From Gammaproteobacteria bacterium (GTDB lineage: Bacteria > Bacteroidota > Bacteroidia > Flavobacteriales_D > Sanyastnellaceae): a DNA stretch of 31,653 bases. The position numbers and the translations under genes were made by a program. Under the pieces are notes generated by a model. That model was not told the DNA's origin. It made no database searches and worked only from the letters and a program-made list of their open reading frames with translations. The stretch covers positions 1-31,653 of the forward strand of contig JBLHIB010000028.1 in NCBI GenBank assembly GCA_047615865.1, given 5' to 3'. Positions 1 to 7,811 of the stretch are shown here, one piece after another (the first letter of the stretch is position 1; the number at the start of each line of letters is the position of its first letter).

Positions 1-929
1 ATTTTGGGATAGCTGGGGGTATTGTTCTCAGCACCGGTAATAAATTAAACTTGGAAACAACTGGTAATTATCCGGATTTGAGTTCTAATTCATTCGACTC
101 TGATTCTAACCTTCTGGCCGTTGCCAGCTTCGTTCCAGATTTAATAGGTGAGAATTTCAGTTTGAATTCGGTAAATGATCTAGTCTTCTTAGAGTTTGAC
201 TTTGTCGCTTTGGGAGATTCACTTGCCTTCAATTATGTCTTCGGATCAAATGAATACGTGGCTTATGTGAACACTGCGTACAACGATGTTTTTGCTTTTT
301 TTCTATCAGGCCCAGGAATCACGGGTCAATACAGTGCTCCTTCAGAATTCCCCAATGGATCAATTAACATTGCAACAATTCCCGATTCTGATCCACCTTT
401 GCCAATCACTGTTAGCTCCGTAAACGACATCTTGAATTTCGAATATTATGTCGACGCCTTTGAAAATGACATTGTCGACCTTAACGGATTTACCACAGTA
501 TTCACCGCATTCCATACTGGACTAATCTATGGTGAGACTTACCACATAAAAATAGCACTTGCCGATGGAAGTGACATAGCTCTAAACTCTGCTGTCGTGT
601 TAGAATCTGGATCATTTATGTGTTTCGTTACAGATATCGCAGATGGAATTTCGGGCGAATACGAAGCGATTGAACAAGGGGATAAGTCTGACGATCTAAA
701 GGTATTCCCTAATCCCTCTAGTGGAACGTTCAATTACTCTTGGTCACAAAGAAATGAGGTTGATTTGAATTTGGTTGATCTCCTTGGGAAAAAGCATTCC
801 ACGATTCGCTTGGTTTTAGGTTCTGGAAAATTTACCGTTCCCGCAGACCTAAGTGATGGAGTGTACCTACTGCAATCTGTCGATTTATGTGTTAATCAAA
901 AGATAGTTATCGAACGTGGCAAAGAATAA
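1..929 (+). CDS. Secreted protein, 5'-truncated by the window edge. It carries a conserved ~150-aa domain shared with the downstream gene (possibly a 'choice-of-anchor'-type domain) and a C-terminal T9SS (Por) type-A sorting domain.
   Basis: Frame 3 is open from nt 3 to the stop at 927-929, and the track ORF begins at an internal TTG. The C-terminal ~75 aa (KVFPNPSSGTFNYSW...DGVYLLQSVDL...KIVIER) fit the T9SS CTD pattern. The central region LEFDFVALGDSLAFNYVFGSNEYV...FFLSGPGITGQYSAP.EFPNG...PITVSSVN...GETYHIKIALADGSD is near-identical in motif order to residues ~130-260 of the 1056..2063 product. Confidence 0.6.
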   Translation, partial: FGIAGGIVLSTGNKLNLETTGNYPDLSSNSFDSDSNLLAVASFVPDLIGENFSLNSVNDLVFLEFDFVALGDSLAFNYVFGSNEYVAYVNTAYNDVFAFFLSGPGITGQYSAPSEFPNGSINIATIPDSDPPLPITVSSVNDILNFEYYVDAFENDIVDLNGFTTVFTAFHTGLIYGETYHIKIALADGSDIALNSAVVLESGSFMCFVTDIADGISGEYEAIEQGDKSDDLKVFPNPSSGTFNYSWSQRNEVDLNLVDLLGKKHSTIRLVLGSGKFTVPADLSDGVYLLQSVDLCVNQKIVIERGKE

Positions 930-1055
930 AGGAGAAGAAAAGGAATTCAAGGATGACAGCAGGATTATAGATTTAAACACCCTGTACTTTTTAGTGTTCA
1001 AGGCTTAATGTCTATTTTCCCAATCCAATTGAATTTAGCTTAACACTACTCTATC

Positions 1056-2063
1056 ATGATCAAATTTTCGAAATTAAAGAACAGCGCCATAATTCTCGTC
1101 TGTTCTATTTTATCAGTCGGACTTTCTGGTCAGCTTGTTATCGAACCAAATGGAGAACCCGAAGCGTTGATACAAGAATTCCTTCTTGGCAGTGGAGTCG
1201 TAATTGACAACATTTCATTTAGCGGAGACTGGCTGCAACTCGGCCAGTTTGATGGAGCCGAAGACATTGTAGGAATGGAAAGTGGTTTGATTTTGAGCAC
1301 TGCTGGTGTCTTGGGCAGCATGACTGGTGGAGAGATGCCAATAGGAAATGCAATAGATGGTGATGATGATCTAATGATATTGGCTAACACAGTTCCTGCA
1401 TTGATCGGCCAAGGGTTCTATATCTACGAAGTTTTTGATGTAGCCTCTTTAGAGTTCGACTTTATTCCTCTGGGTGATTCACTTGCGTTCAACTTCGTTT
1501 TTGGTTCAGATGAATACATGGAATGGGTAAACACAAACTACAACGATGTATTCGGGTTCTTTATCTCAGGCCCAGGAATTACTGGCCCTTACCAAGCTCC
1601 AGAAGATTTTCCCAATGGTGCGGCAAACATTGCCTTCATTCCTGAATCTGATCCTCAGCTGCCTATTACGGTTAGTTCGGTCAACGCAGGAATCAACAGT
1701 GATTACTACAATGACAATCAGAACAACGTAGACATTTTTATTGATGGCTATACCGACGTCATTACGGCTTCGGCCAATGGACTCACTGTTGGAGAAACGT
1801 ATCACATGAGATTGGCTATTGCCGACGGATCCGATAACGCCTTTGAGTCTATTGTAATGCTTGAAGCCGGAACATTTAGCAGCTATTTAACCGTTGAGCC
1901 TGGCTCTCCTGGAGATTTCGATGGTGATGGTGACTTGGATGTCGGCGACTTGTTGATTCTTATCGGAGAGATTGGTTGTACTGGCGAAGACTGCGTTGGA
2001 GATTTGAACGGCGATGGAATTGTTAATGTGCTCGATATCCTTGACTTTTTAGGTTTATTCTAA
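1056..2063 (+). CDS. Secreted paralog of the upstream gene. It has the same conserved domain but a C-terminal dockerin-like double Ca-binding-loop module instead of a T9SS CTD.
   Basis: The N-terminus has a signal peptide (MIKFSKLKNSAIILVCSILSVGLSG). The shared domain is LEFDFIPLGDSLAFNFVFGSDEYMEWVNTNYNDVFGFFISGPGITGPYQAPEDFPNG...PITVSSVN...GETYHMRLAIADGSD. The C-terminus reads GDFDGDGDLDVGDLLILIGEIG ... GDLNGDGIVNVLDILDFLGLF, two F-hand-like DxDGDG loops each followed by a hydrophobic helix, as in type I dockerin. Confidence 0.7.
   Translation: MIKFSKLKNSAIILVCSILSVGLSGQLVIEPNGEPEALIQEFLLGSGVVIDNISFSGDWLQLGQFDGAEDIVGMESGLILSTAGVLGSMTGGEMPIGNAIDGDDDLMILANTVPALIGQGFYIYEVFDVASLEFDFIPLGDSLAFNFVFGSDEYMEWVNTNYNDVFGFFISGPGITGPYQAPEDFPNGAANIAFIPESDPQLPITVSSVNAGINSDYYNDNQNNVDIFIDGYTDVITASANGLTVGETYHMRLAIADGSDNAFESIVMLEAGTFSSYLTVEPGSPGDFDGDGDLDVGDLLILIGEIGCTGEDCVGDLNGDGIVNVLDILDFLGLF
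1908..2060 (+). other. Dockerin-like C-terminal module with two DxDGDGxxxxxD Ca-binding-loop repeats.
   Basis: The translated sequence is GSPGDFDGDGDLDVGDLLILIGEIGCTGEDCVGDLNGDGIVNVLDILDFLGLF. Confidence 0.5.
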
Positions 2064-2085
2064 ACTGAGCCCAATCGGCGCCTGA

Positions 2086-2119
2086 TTTGATATTAGTCTA
2101 GATGCATTCATTAGTTTTG
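2086..2119 (+). promoter_or_regulatory. Candidate Bacteroidota sigma-A promoter with a -33 TTTG and a -7 TAnnTTTG element.
   Basis: TTTG lies at 2086-2089 and TAGTTTTG at 2112-2119, separated by a 22-nt spacer. The motif ends 25 nt before the ATG at 2144. Confidence 0.35.
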
Positions 2120-2143
2120 CAGTGCAATCAATAGAATCCATAA

Positions 2144-3502
2144 ATGAACAGCTTTCGCCTTATCTTGGTCTGTGCTTGCATTATTGTCTTTGCGCAGGAC
2201 TATAGTGCTCAAGAGACTGTCTTTCCAGTTATTGAAACGGATCCCGTTCTGACAAACAACGGAGCAGATGATCCAGCAATATGGCTGCACCCTACGGATC
2301 CCGATTCTTCTTTTTTCGTAGGCACGAATAAACTGGGTCAAGGCCGACTTGAGTTATACAACCTAGATGGCACAAGATTCTTCTCTACCGTTGATGGAAC
2401 AACCTACAACAATGTAGACGTGATGTACGACTACGTGCTTAATGGTGATACAATAGACCTTGTAGGAGCATGCAACAAGCCCGATACTTCACTTGACTTT
2501 TTCAAAATCGATCCGGATACAAGGACCCTTATCAATATCACAGGCGACAATGATGTTGAGATGACTGACATGTATGGGTTCTCGATGTACAACGACATGT
2601 GCAACGATCTGTTTTACGCCTTTCTTACGCGCCGCACGGCCAATGGAAGAGCTTACCAATATGAGATGATCAATACAGATGAAGGACTAATTGACATCGA
2701 ACTTGTACGTACAATTACCAATCTAGACAGTCGGACAGAAGGCATGGTCGCCGATCCCGTTCTAGGTCACTTTTACATCGCCGAAGAAACAATAGGCATC
2801 TGGAGGTATGGAGCTCGACCTGAAGACGGAGAAGAGCGAGTATTGATAGATTCCGTAAGCGGCCCCAACCTGACGGCTGCAGTCGAAGGTCTTTGCATTT
2901 ACTACACAGGAGATTCTACAGGCTACTTGCTTTCGTCGTCTCAAAATGCGGATGATTTTCAGGTGTATAGACGGGAAAGCGACAACGAGTTTCTAGGCTC
3001 ATTCGAAATTGATGCTTCCGTAAATGTAGATGGAGTCTATCACGCCGATGGCATAGACGTCCTGAGCTATCCATTGGGGTCGATGTATCCGAGCGGTGTG
3101 TTTATTACGCACGACCTATCGAATGATGACGGCTATTCCAATTACAAAACAGTGCACTGGGGTGACATCGCAGATGCCTTGGACTTGGAGATTGTATTGG
3201 ACGTCAATCCACGTGAATTTGCGCTTGGGCTTTGTGACGAAACGGATACTACTGACACGCACATCTACAACCAAAATCTCACCAAAATCACCCTCTTCCC
3301 CAATCCCGTTCGCCACAATTTAACTCTACAAGGTCTCCCCGACCGACTGCTGAACACGCAAGCGCAAGTGTACTCCATCATGGGCGAGGTAGTGTTCAAC
3401 GATCGACTCAAAGGCAATCAGCTCGAGGTAAGTCATTTGCCCGCAGGGCGCTTCATTGTGCGCATTGAAGAATACTTTTTAAGCTTCGTAAAGACAGAGT
3501 AA
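2144..3502 (+). CDS. Secreted beta-propeller phytase (BPP / 3-phytase)-like domain protein with a C-terminal T9SS sorting domain.
   Basis: A signal peptide is present (MNSFRLILVCACIIVFAQD). The N-terminal motif DDPAIWLHPTDPDSSFFVGTNK matches the DDPAIW signature of beta-propeller phytases. The C-terminal ~75 aa (ITLFPNPVRHNLTLQGL...YSIMGEVVF...GRFIVRIE) are T9SS CTD-like. Confidence 0.6.
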   Translation: MNSFRLILVCACIIVFAQDYSAQETVFPVIETDPVLTNNGADDPAIWLHPTDPDSSFFVGTNKLGQGRLELYNLDGTRFFSTVDGTTYNNVDVMYDYVLNGDTIDLVGACNKPDTSLDFFKIDPDTRTLINITGDNDVEMTDMYGFSMYNDMCNDLFYAFLTRRTANGRAYQYEMINTDEGLIDIELVRTITNLDSRTEGMVADPVLGHFYIAEETIGIWRYGARPEDGEERVLIDSVSGPNLTAAVEGLCIYYTGDSTGYLLSSSQNADDFQVYRRESDNEFLGSFEIDASVNVDGVYHADGIDVLSYPLGSMYPSGVFITHDLSNDDGYSNYKTVHWGDIADALDLEIVLDVNPREFALGLCDETDTTDTHIYNQNLTKITLFPNPVRHNLTLQGLPDRLLNTQAQVYSIMGEVVFNDRLKGNQLEVSHLPAGRFIVRIEEYFLSFVKTE

Positions 3503-3657
3503 TCTGACTAGTGCAGTTCTTCGTTCGTTCGTTTATCTAGTAAACCGTTTGCAATATCCTTTCCTTTGCCCGCAATCGAAAAATCGCATCTTCGAAATGG
3601 ATGTTACTCTGCAACCAACTGCGTCACTCCTCCTCCATCGGCAGGCTTCAAGAATTA

Positions 3658-3840
3658 GATCCCTATAAATATAGCCGCTGGCAAATGAATCAATCCATTG
3701 CCTCGTTTTAGCTTAAAGGTGGCTAGGTGACTTCCTTGTGCGTTCAAAAGATAAAAAGTCGTCGACTCCTGAGCGTTGAGCGAATAATTCAAATCTGCGA
3801 CGTAGGGATTCAGGTAAAACTGAACTTGAGCTCGTTTACT
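3658..3840 (-). pseudogene. Degenerate T9SS C-terminal-domain-like coding remnant with no start codon, lying immediately 3' of the 3836..5308 gene in a frame shifted by 1 nt.
   Basis: The minus-strand translation is SKRAQVQFYLNPYVADLNYSLNAQESTTFYLLNAQGSHLATFKLKRGNGLIHLPAAIFIGI*. It parallels the adjacent gene's own CTD, with LNPYVADL matching PLPALDVI, LNAQGS matching FNIQGQ, and LPAAIFIGI matching LAKGFFVLQL. Confidence 0.3.
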
Positions 3841-5308
3841 TCATGAAACGAATCGAATTGACAGAATGTTCAGTTTCAAGTTGAAGCACGAAGAAGCCCT
3901 TGGCTAGATTCTCAATATTCAATTGTTCGCTTTGAGTTGACTCAAACAAACCACTTTGGACCATTTGTCCCTGGATGTTGAATATTTTATACGAATAGAT
4001 GCCTTTGGCCAAACCTGTTACATGAATAACATCCAATGCTGGCAAAGGATGTAATTGAACATTTGACAAGTTTGTATCACCTCCTTCAATACCAATAAAA
4101 AGGATGACGTCGATTTCAAGACATACTTGGGCGCCAATACAACCCTCTGAGTCTGTTTCGATGATACATATTTCATTCGATCCAGACTCGGTCCATTCAA
4201 TCGTTGCCGAACCATCGGCGTTAGAAACAATAACTCCCGAGCTAATTTCCCAAGCATATCCGCTTCCAGCGGTAAATGGATAAGAATAAACTGACTCGCT
4301 ATACTGCATAGGAGCAGCATCACCTGTCAGGTTAAACGTTTCAAGTGCGAAACAACTGCCATCATCATCAGTAGCCAGTGAATTGAAATTGCAAGCAATC
4401 TCATCTGTGCAGCCCAAAACCTCTAAATCATCGCATACTCCATCTTGATCTTCGTCCTCGAAACACTCACCGTCGCAATCGTAAAACTCAGTCTCGTAAA
4501 AACAATCACCGCTATCGTCTGTCGCATCAGGATTGTAGTTGCATCCAAGGCTATCTAGGCAACCTGGAATTTCTAACTCATCACAAATCCCATCATCATC
4601 AGAATCACTCAAACACTCTCCTTCACAGTTGTAATACTGTTCTGGAAAAAGACAACTCCCATCATCACACGTCGAAGTGGAGTCATAGTTGCATGCCCCC
4701 AAAGTGAAGCAGCCTCCGTAAATACAAAAATTGTTGTCTTCAATGGCAAATTCATCGTAGTTACAAGCAGTTTCATCAGCACAACCATAGCCGATAATTT
4801 GTAGATCTACAGCAGTCAAGGTGAGCGGAAATATCGAGGGTATACCAAAAATGGCAGAATGAATACTAAAGTTGAAAACCAATTCGAAGGTTCCTGATTC
4901 TATTGCCGTGCCTTCCAATGCAATGCAATATTGCATATCTGGCAGAAATGAACAATCAAGCTCCATAACACCCATGTTGTTGCACATGAGGACAATACCT
5001 ATATCAGTCAAGTCCACTTCCGAGCCATCTTGAAAAACAGTTACACCATCAAAAGTCAAAAAATCAACATCAAGTCCCAACCCTCCCAATATTGGATCAA
5101 TCTCCCCAGCATCTGTTGGAAAGACAAAATGAAATACATCAGCATACGACTCATTTATAACCCCCGAAGTAAACGCTTCAGATTCATCTCCATTTGGATA
5201 GTAGTCAAAAGCAGCTCCTCCAAAATCAAAATTTGGATCGCATTGGCTAGAAACGGCTGTATTCAAAAAAAGCATAGCCAAAAGGCCTAATAGTAGACTT
5301 GATTTCAT
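3836..5308 (-). CDS. Secreted Cys-rich repeat protein with a C-terminal T9SS sorting domain.
   Basis: A signal peptide is present (MKSSLLLGLLAMLFLNTAVSSQ). Residues ~176-321 hold about 30 Cys in repeated units of the form GC.D..(A/G)CN(Y/F)(N/D)..AT.DD(S/D)G(S/D)CF...C.GEC..D.D.DG.CD.LE. The C-terminus (NVQLHPLPALDVIHV...GIYSYKIFNIQGQMV...AKGFFVLQLETE...IRFMK) is a T9SS CTD. Confidence 0.7.
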   Translation of the reverse strand: MKSSLLLGLLAMLFLNTAVSSQCDPNFDFGGAAFDYYPNGDESEAFTSGVINESYADVFHFVFPTDAGEIDPILGGLGLDVDFLTFDGVTVFQDGSEVDLTDIGIVLMCNNMGVMELDCSFLPDMQYCIALEGTAIESGTFELVFNFSIHSAIFGIPSIFPLTLTAVDLQIIGYGCADETACNYDEFAIEDNNFCIYGGCFTLGACNYDSTSTCDDGSCLFPEQYYNCEGECLSDSDDDGICDELEIPGCLDSLGCNYNPDATDDSGDCFYETEFYDCDGECFEDEDQDGVCDDLEVLGCTDEIACNFNSLATDDDGSCFALETFNLTGDAAPMQYSESVYSYPFTAGSGYAWEISSGVIVSNADGSATIEWTESGSNEICIIETDSEGCIGAQVCLEIDVILFIGIEGGDTNLSNVQLHPLPALDVIHVTGLAKGIYSYKIFNIQGQMVQSGLFESTQSEQLNIENLAKGFFVLQLETEHSVNSIRFMK

Positions 5309-5480
5309 GTTAAAATAGAATTGGTAGGCTAATTATTGAAAATCGAACAACATATGAATTTATAGAATCCGACTGCAGTTAAATAATTAGCAAAACTAGA
5401 TAATATGTTGACACACAAAAAGGCACCGTCCGCATTTTGCGGTCAGCTTATTAATTTATGGAATAAATCCTTTTCTTGTT

Positions 5481-6776
5481 TTACCGGCGCTTCACATCTG
5501 AGAAAACCGCTTCGCTCAGGCTTACGACGTCCAAGTCGGCCTGTGAGATCAGCTTTCGATCGATATTTTTCACTTGGATGACGTAGTTCCCTTTGGAAAC
5601 AAAGGTCGTCTGCTTAAATGCGATATCCGGACCGATCATGAACTGATCAACCGGAATACCATCAGACTCCTCTCCTTTTAGATATACTTGGACGAGAGCC
5701 AATTCGCTGATATCCTTCAAAATCTTTTCAGGAATGAGAACAGGATACCTCACAACCGGGCTAGTAAAACGCAAGAACCAATCTGGTCGGTTATCCACGT
5801 AACTAGTCCGAGGATGAAAAACAAAAATGTCCGATGTCTCATCCTCTTTATAAAACTCCTTGTCATTCTTCAGAACAAAAGGCTCTTTGTTTTTAAACTG
5901 AGTAACAGCCATTTGGTAAAAAGGCGACTCCTTTGTCTTACTAAACTCCTCACAAAAGAAAGTCTGGTTCACAGATAGCACTTTCGCCTTAGACATTTCC
6001 TCTAGCCAGTATACCAATGATTTCTGAGTGCGGTCGACATGCTCAGAACCACAATGAACTATCGTTTTCCCCTTAGATCCATTTACTTTATGCTCAAGTA
6101 ATCTTGCAGCAGCGGCAGAATCACGTTGCGTAAACTCAAACTCTTCATTGTAGTCGTATGGAAGGATCTTATATCCCAATGCCAGCGCCTGACGGATCAA
6201 ATTCGCGTAATTCGGTTCAATGGCCAGTCCGCCAAGGCCTTTATCGATCTTCTTACTATCGTTTACCGATATATCATCTTTAGCCAAAGTCTCGATTGCC
6301 AATGAAGTATACCCCTGCTCTTTCAAGTTTGACAGAAGAGACAAAGTAAAAAGTCTGTGAAATGGCTTATGGTGTGCTTCATTGATCAGCAGGTAGTCAA
6401 CTTTTGACGCGGCTTTGGTGATCTCTGCAACTGCAGATGCAGGCTCATATCCATTCATCCCAGCGAAATTTTGCAAATTCAATAGTCTTGGGGTCATTGC
6501 ATTCTGATCCAACTCCAAAGCCCTTTTGTATTCGCCTACATAAGAGAAATACCAAGACAAACTTTGTTCTGCCAAAGACTGGTGCTCGCCACCTTTGGCC
6601 ATATTCAAGAGTGAATCAGACATGGCAATTGGCAACAAATAATTGGGAGTAAGTGCTTCATCTAAAACACCATCATAAATCTCCTTGCTCAAAGAAATGA
6701 CTTGGATACCTGTAGTATCTTGAGCAGCGGATAAAAGTGTAGTAAGCAAAGCGATAACAACGAAAGAATACTTCAT
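5481..6776 (-). CDS. Exported protein, possibly of the ChaN/Tiki/TraB superfamily (haem-binding-uptake-like fold).
   Basis: The 431-aa ORF has a signal peptide (MKYSFVVIALLTTLLSAAQD). The motifs LLINEAHHKPFHR (like GExH) and TIVHCGSEHV (GxxH) resemble the conserved His/Glu motifs of ChaN/Tiki-family proteins. The family assignment is tentative. Confidence 0.45.
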   Translation of the reverse strand: MKYSFVVIALLTTLLSAAQDTTGIQVISLSKEIYDGVLDEALTPNYLLPIAMSDSLLNMAKGGEHQSLAEQSLSWYFSYVGEYKRALELDQNAMTPRLLNLQNFAGMNGYEPASAVAEITKAASKVDYLLINEAHHKPFHRLFTLSLLSNLKEQGYTSLAIETLAKDDISVNDSKKIDKGLGGLAIEPNYANLIRQALALGYKILPYDYNEEFEFTQRDSAAAARLLEHKVNGSKGKTIVHCGSEHVDRTQKSLVYWLEEMSKAKVLSVNQTFFCEEFSKTKESPFYQMAVTQFKNKEPFVLKNDKEFYKEDETSDIFVFHPRTSYVDNRPDWFLRFTSPVVRYPVLIPEKILKDISELALVQVYLKGEESDGIPVDQFMIGPDIAFKQTTFVSKGNYVIQVKNIDRKLISQADLDVVSLSEAVFSDVKRR

Positions 6777-6910
6777 TCAATTCCTGATTTTATTGGTAAG
6801 TGCTAAAATACATCTCTTTGAATCCAAAAGCTAAATCTGACCGAAAAACAACATTTACCGAAGGTTTGGGCATACGTATGAATAGACAAAGAGTTCTTTT
6901 GTGCAGTCCC

Positions 6911-7642
6911 TTATTTCACCTTGTAAGTGAGCTTCATGGTTATTGAAGCTGTCTTTTCCTTCGAAGTTGTATTGAAAGCACCTCCCCAAGAATAATCTTC
7001 CACTGAGTGCTGACCAGTTATTTGAAATATCCCCATATTGGCTACAGTCAGCTCACTAAGCTGCGCGCCTGAGTTCTCAGCAATTTTTGAAGCACGCAAA
7101 AAAGCATTTTCGGTGGCACGCGAGATCATCTCAACTTTGAGGTCCTCCAATTGCGTGTAATAGTAACGCGGATTGTTGGAATAGACTTGAACTCCTTGAT
7201 GCAATAGCTCCGTTATCTCGCGGGAGACATTCTCGACTTTCTCGACTTTCTTAGACTTCACCTCGACACTTTGGTCCAGCGTGTAGCCTGTGAACTCTTC
7301 ATATAGATAACGCCCTTCATCCGAGTATACGGCTTGGGTGTTCTTTTGTGTATTGACCGAGCCAAAGACAAACTTACTTCTTTCAATCCCCTTGTTCTCT
7401 AAGTACTCGGCAACAAGAGCTTTATCTTTTTCAAGATCTGAATATGCTTCTTTTAGATCAAAGTTCACTTTTGAAAAACTCGCGGTCCAAACAATGAGGT
7501 CTGAGGTGAAATCAGTTTTACCCAGGCCCGTCACCGAAATCGAACCTTCTCTAGCATTCCGATTCATGAAAGCATTTCCAAGCACAAAAGCGGCGAGGAC
7601 AATGGCAATAGAAAATACGACGGCGGGAATATTGTTTTTCAT
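6911..7642 (-). CDS. SIMPL (DUF541) domain periplasmic/membrane-anchored protein.
   Basis: An N-terminal TM/signal (MKNNIPAVVFSIAIVLAAFVLGNAF) is followed by ISVTGLGKTDFTSDLIVWTASF, which is typical of the start of SIMPL/YggE-like domains. The ~240-aa length fits the family. Confidence 0.5.
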   Translation of the reverse strand: MKNNIPAVVFSIAIVLAAFVLGNAFMNRNAREGSISVTGLGKTDFTSDLIVWTASFSKVNFDLKEAYSDLEKDKALVAEYLENKGIERSKFVFGSVNTQKNTQAVYSDEGRYLYEEFTGYTLDQSVEVKSKKVEKVENVSREITELLHQGVQVYSNNPRYYYTQLEDLKVEMISRATENAFLRASKIAENSGAQLSELTVANMGIFQITGQHSVEDYSWGGAFNTTSKEKTASITMKLTYKVK

Positions 7643-7765
7643 ATGTGCAGTTTGAATTGGATACCTAAATATATAGGATCAACGCGCTGAAACAAAATGA
7701 TATTTTGGGAAACATTTATACGCTCCTGTTTTTCAAGAATTGGCAAGTAAATAGTGAGCAAAAGA

Positions 7766-7793
7766 AAAGCCCTTCAAATAAATGAAGGGCTTT
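7766..7793 (-). terminator. Rho-independent terminator downstream of the flotillin gene.
   Basis: An 11-bp perfect stem (AAAGCCCTTCA with loop aataaa and TGAAGGGCTTT) is followed on the minus strand by TTCTTTTG. It lies ~20 nt after the stop at 7812. Confidence 0.55.
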
Positions 7794-7811
7794 CAATTTT
7801 AAGCAAAACAA

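Noticed and set aside
539-3323. Antisense and alternate-frame track ORFs inside the first three genes (539..733-, 1130..1390-, 1546..1731+, 1566..1805-, 2111..2341-, 2762..2944-, 3096..3323+, 3116..3316-).
   Set aside because: Each is fully embedded in a longer ORF with clear domain content. None has recognisable motifs. Their low-complexity or odd composition is typical of shadow ORFs.
5391-5445. CAAAACTA motif and weak hairpin (ccgcattttgcgg) between the Cys-rich gene and the ChaN-like gene.
   Set aside because: The stem is only 4-5 bp. The motif lies 83 nt from the start codon with no matching -33 element. This is too weak to call a promoter or terminator.
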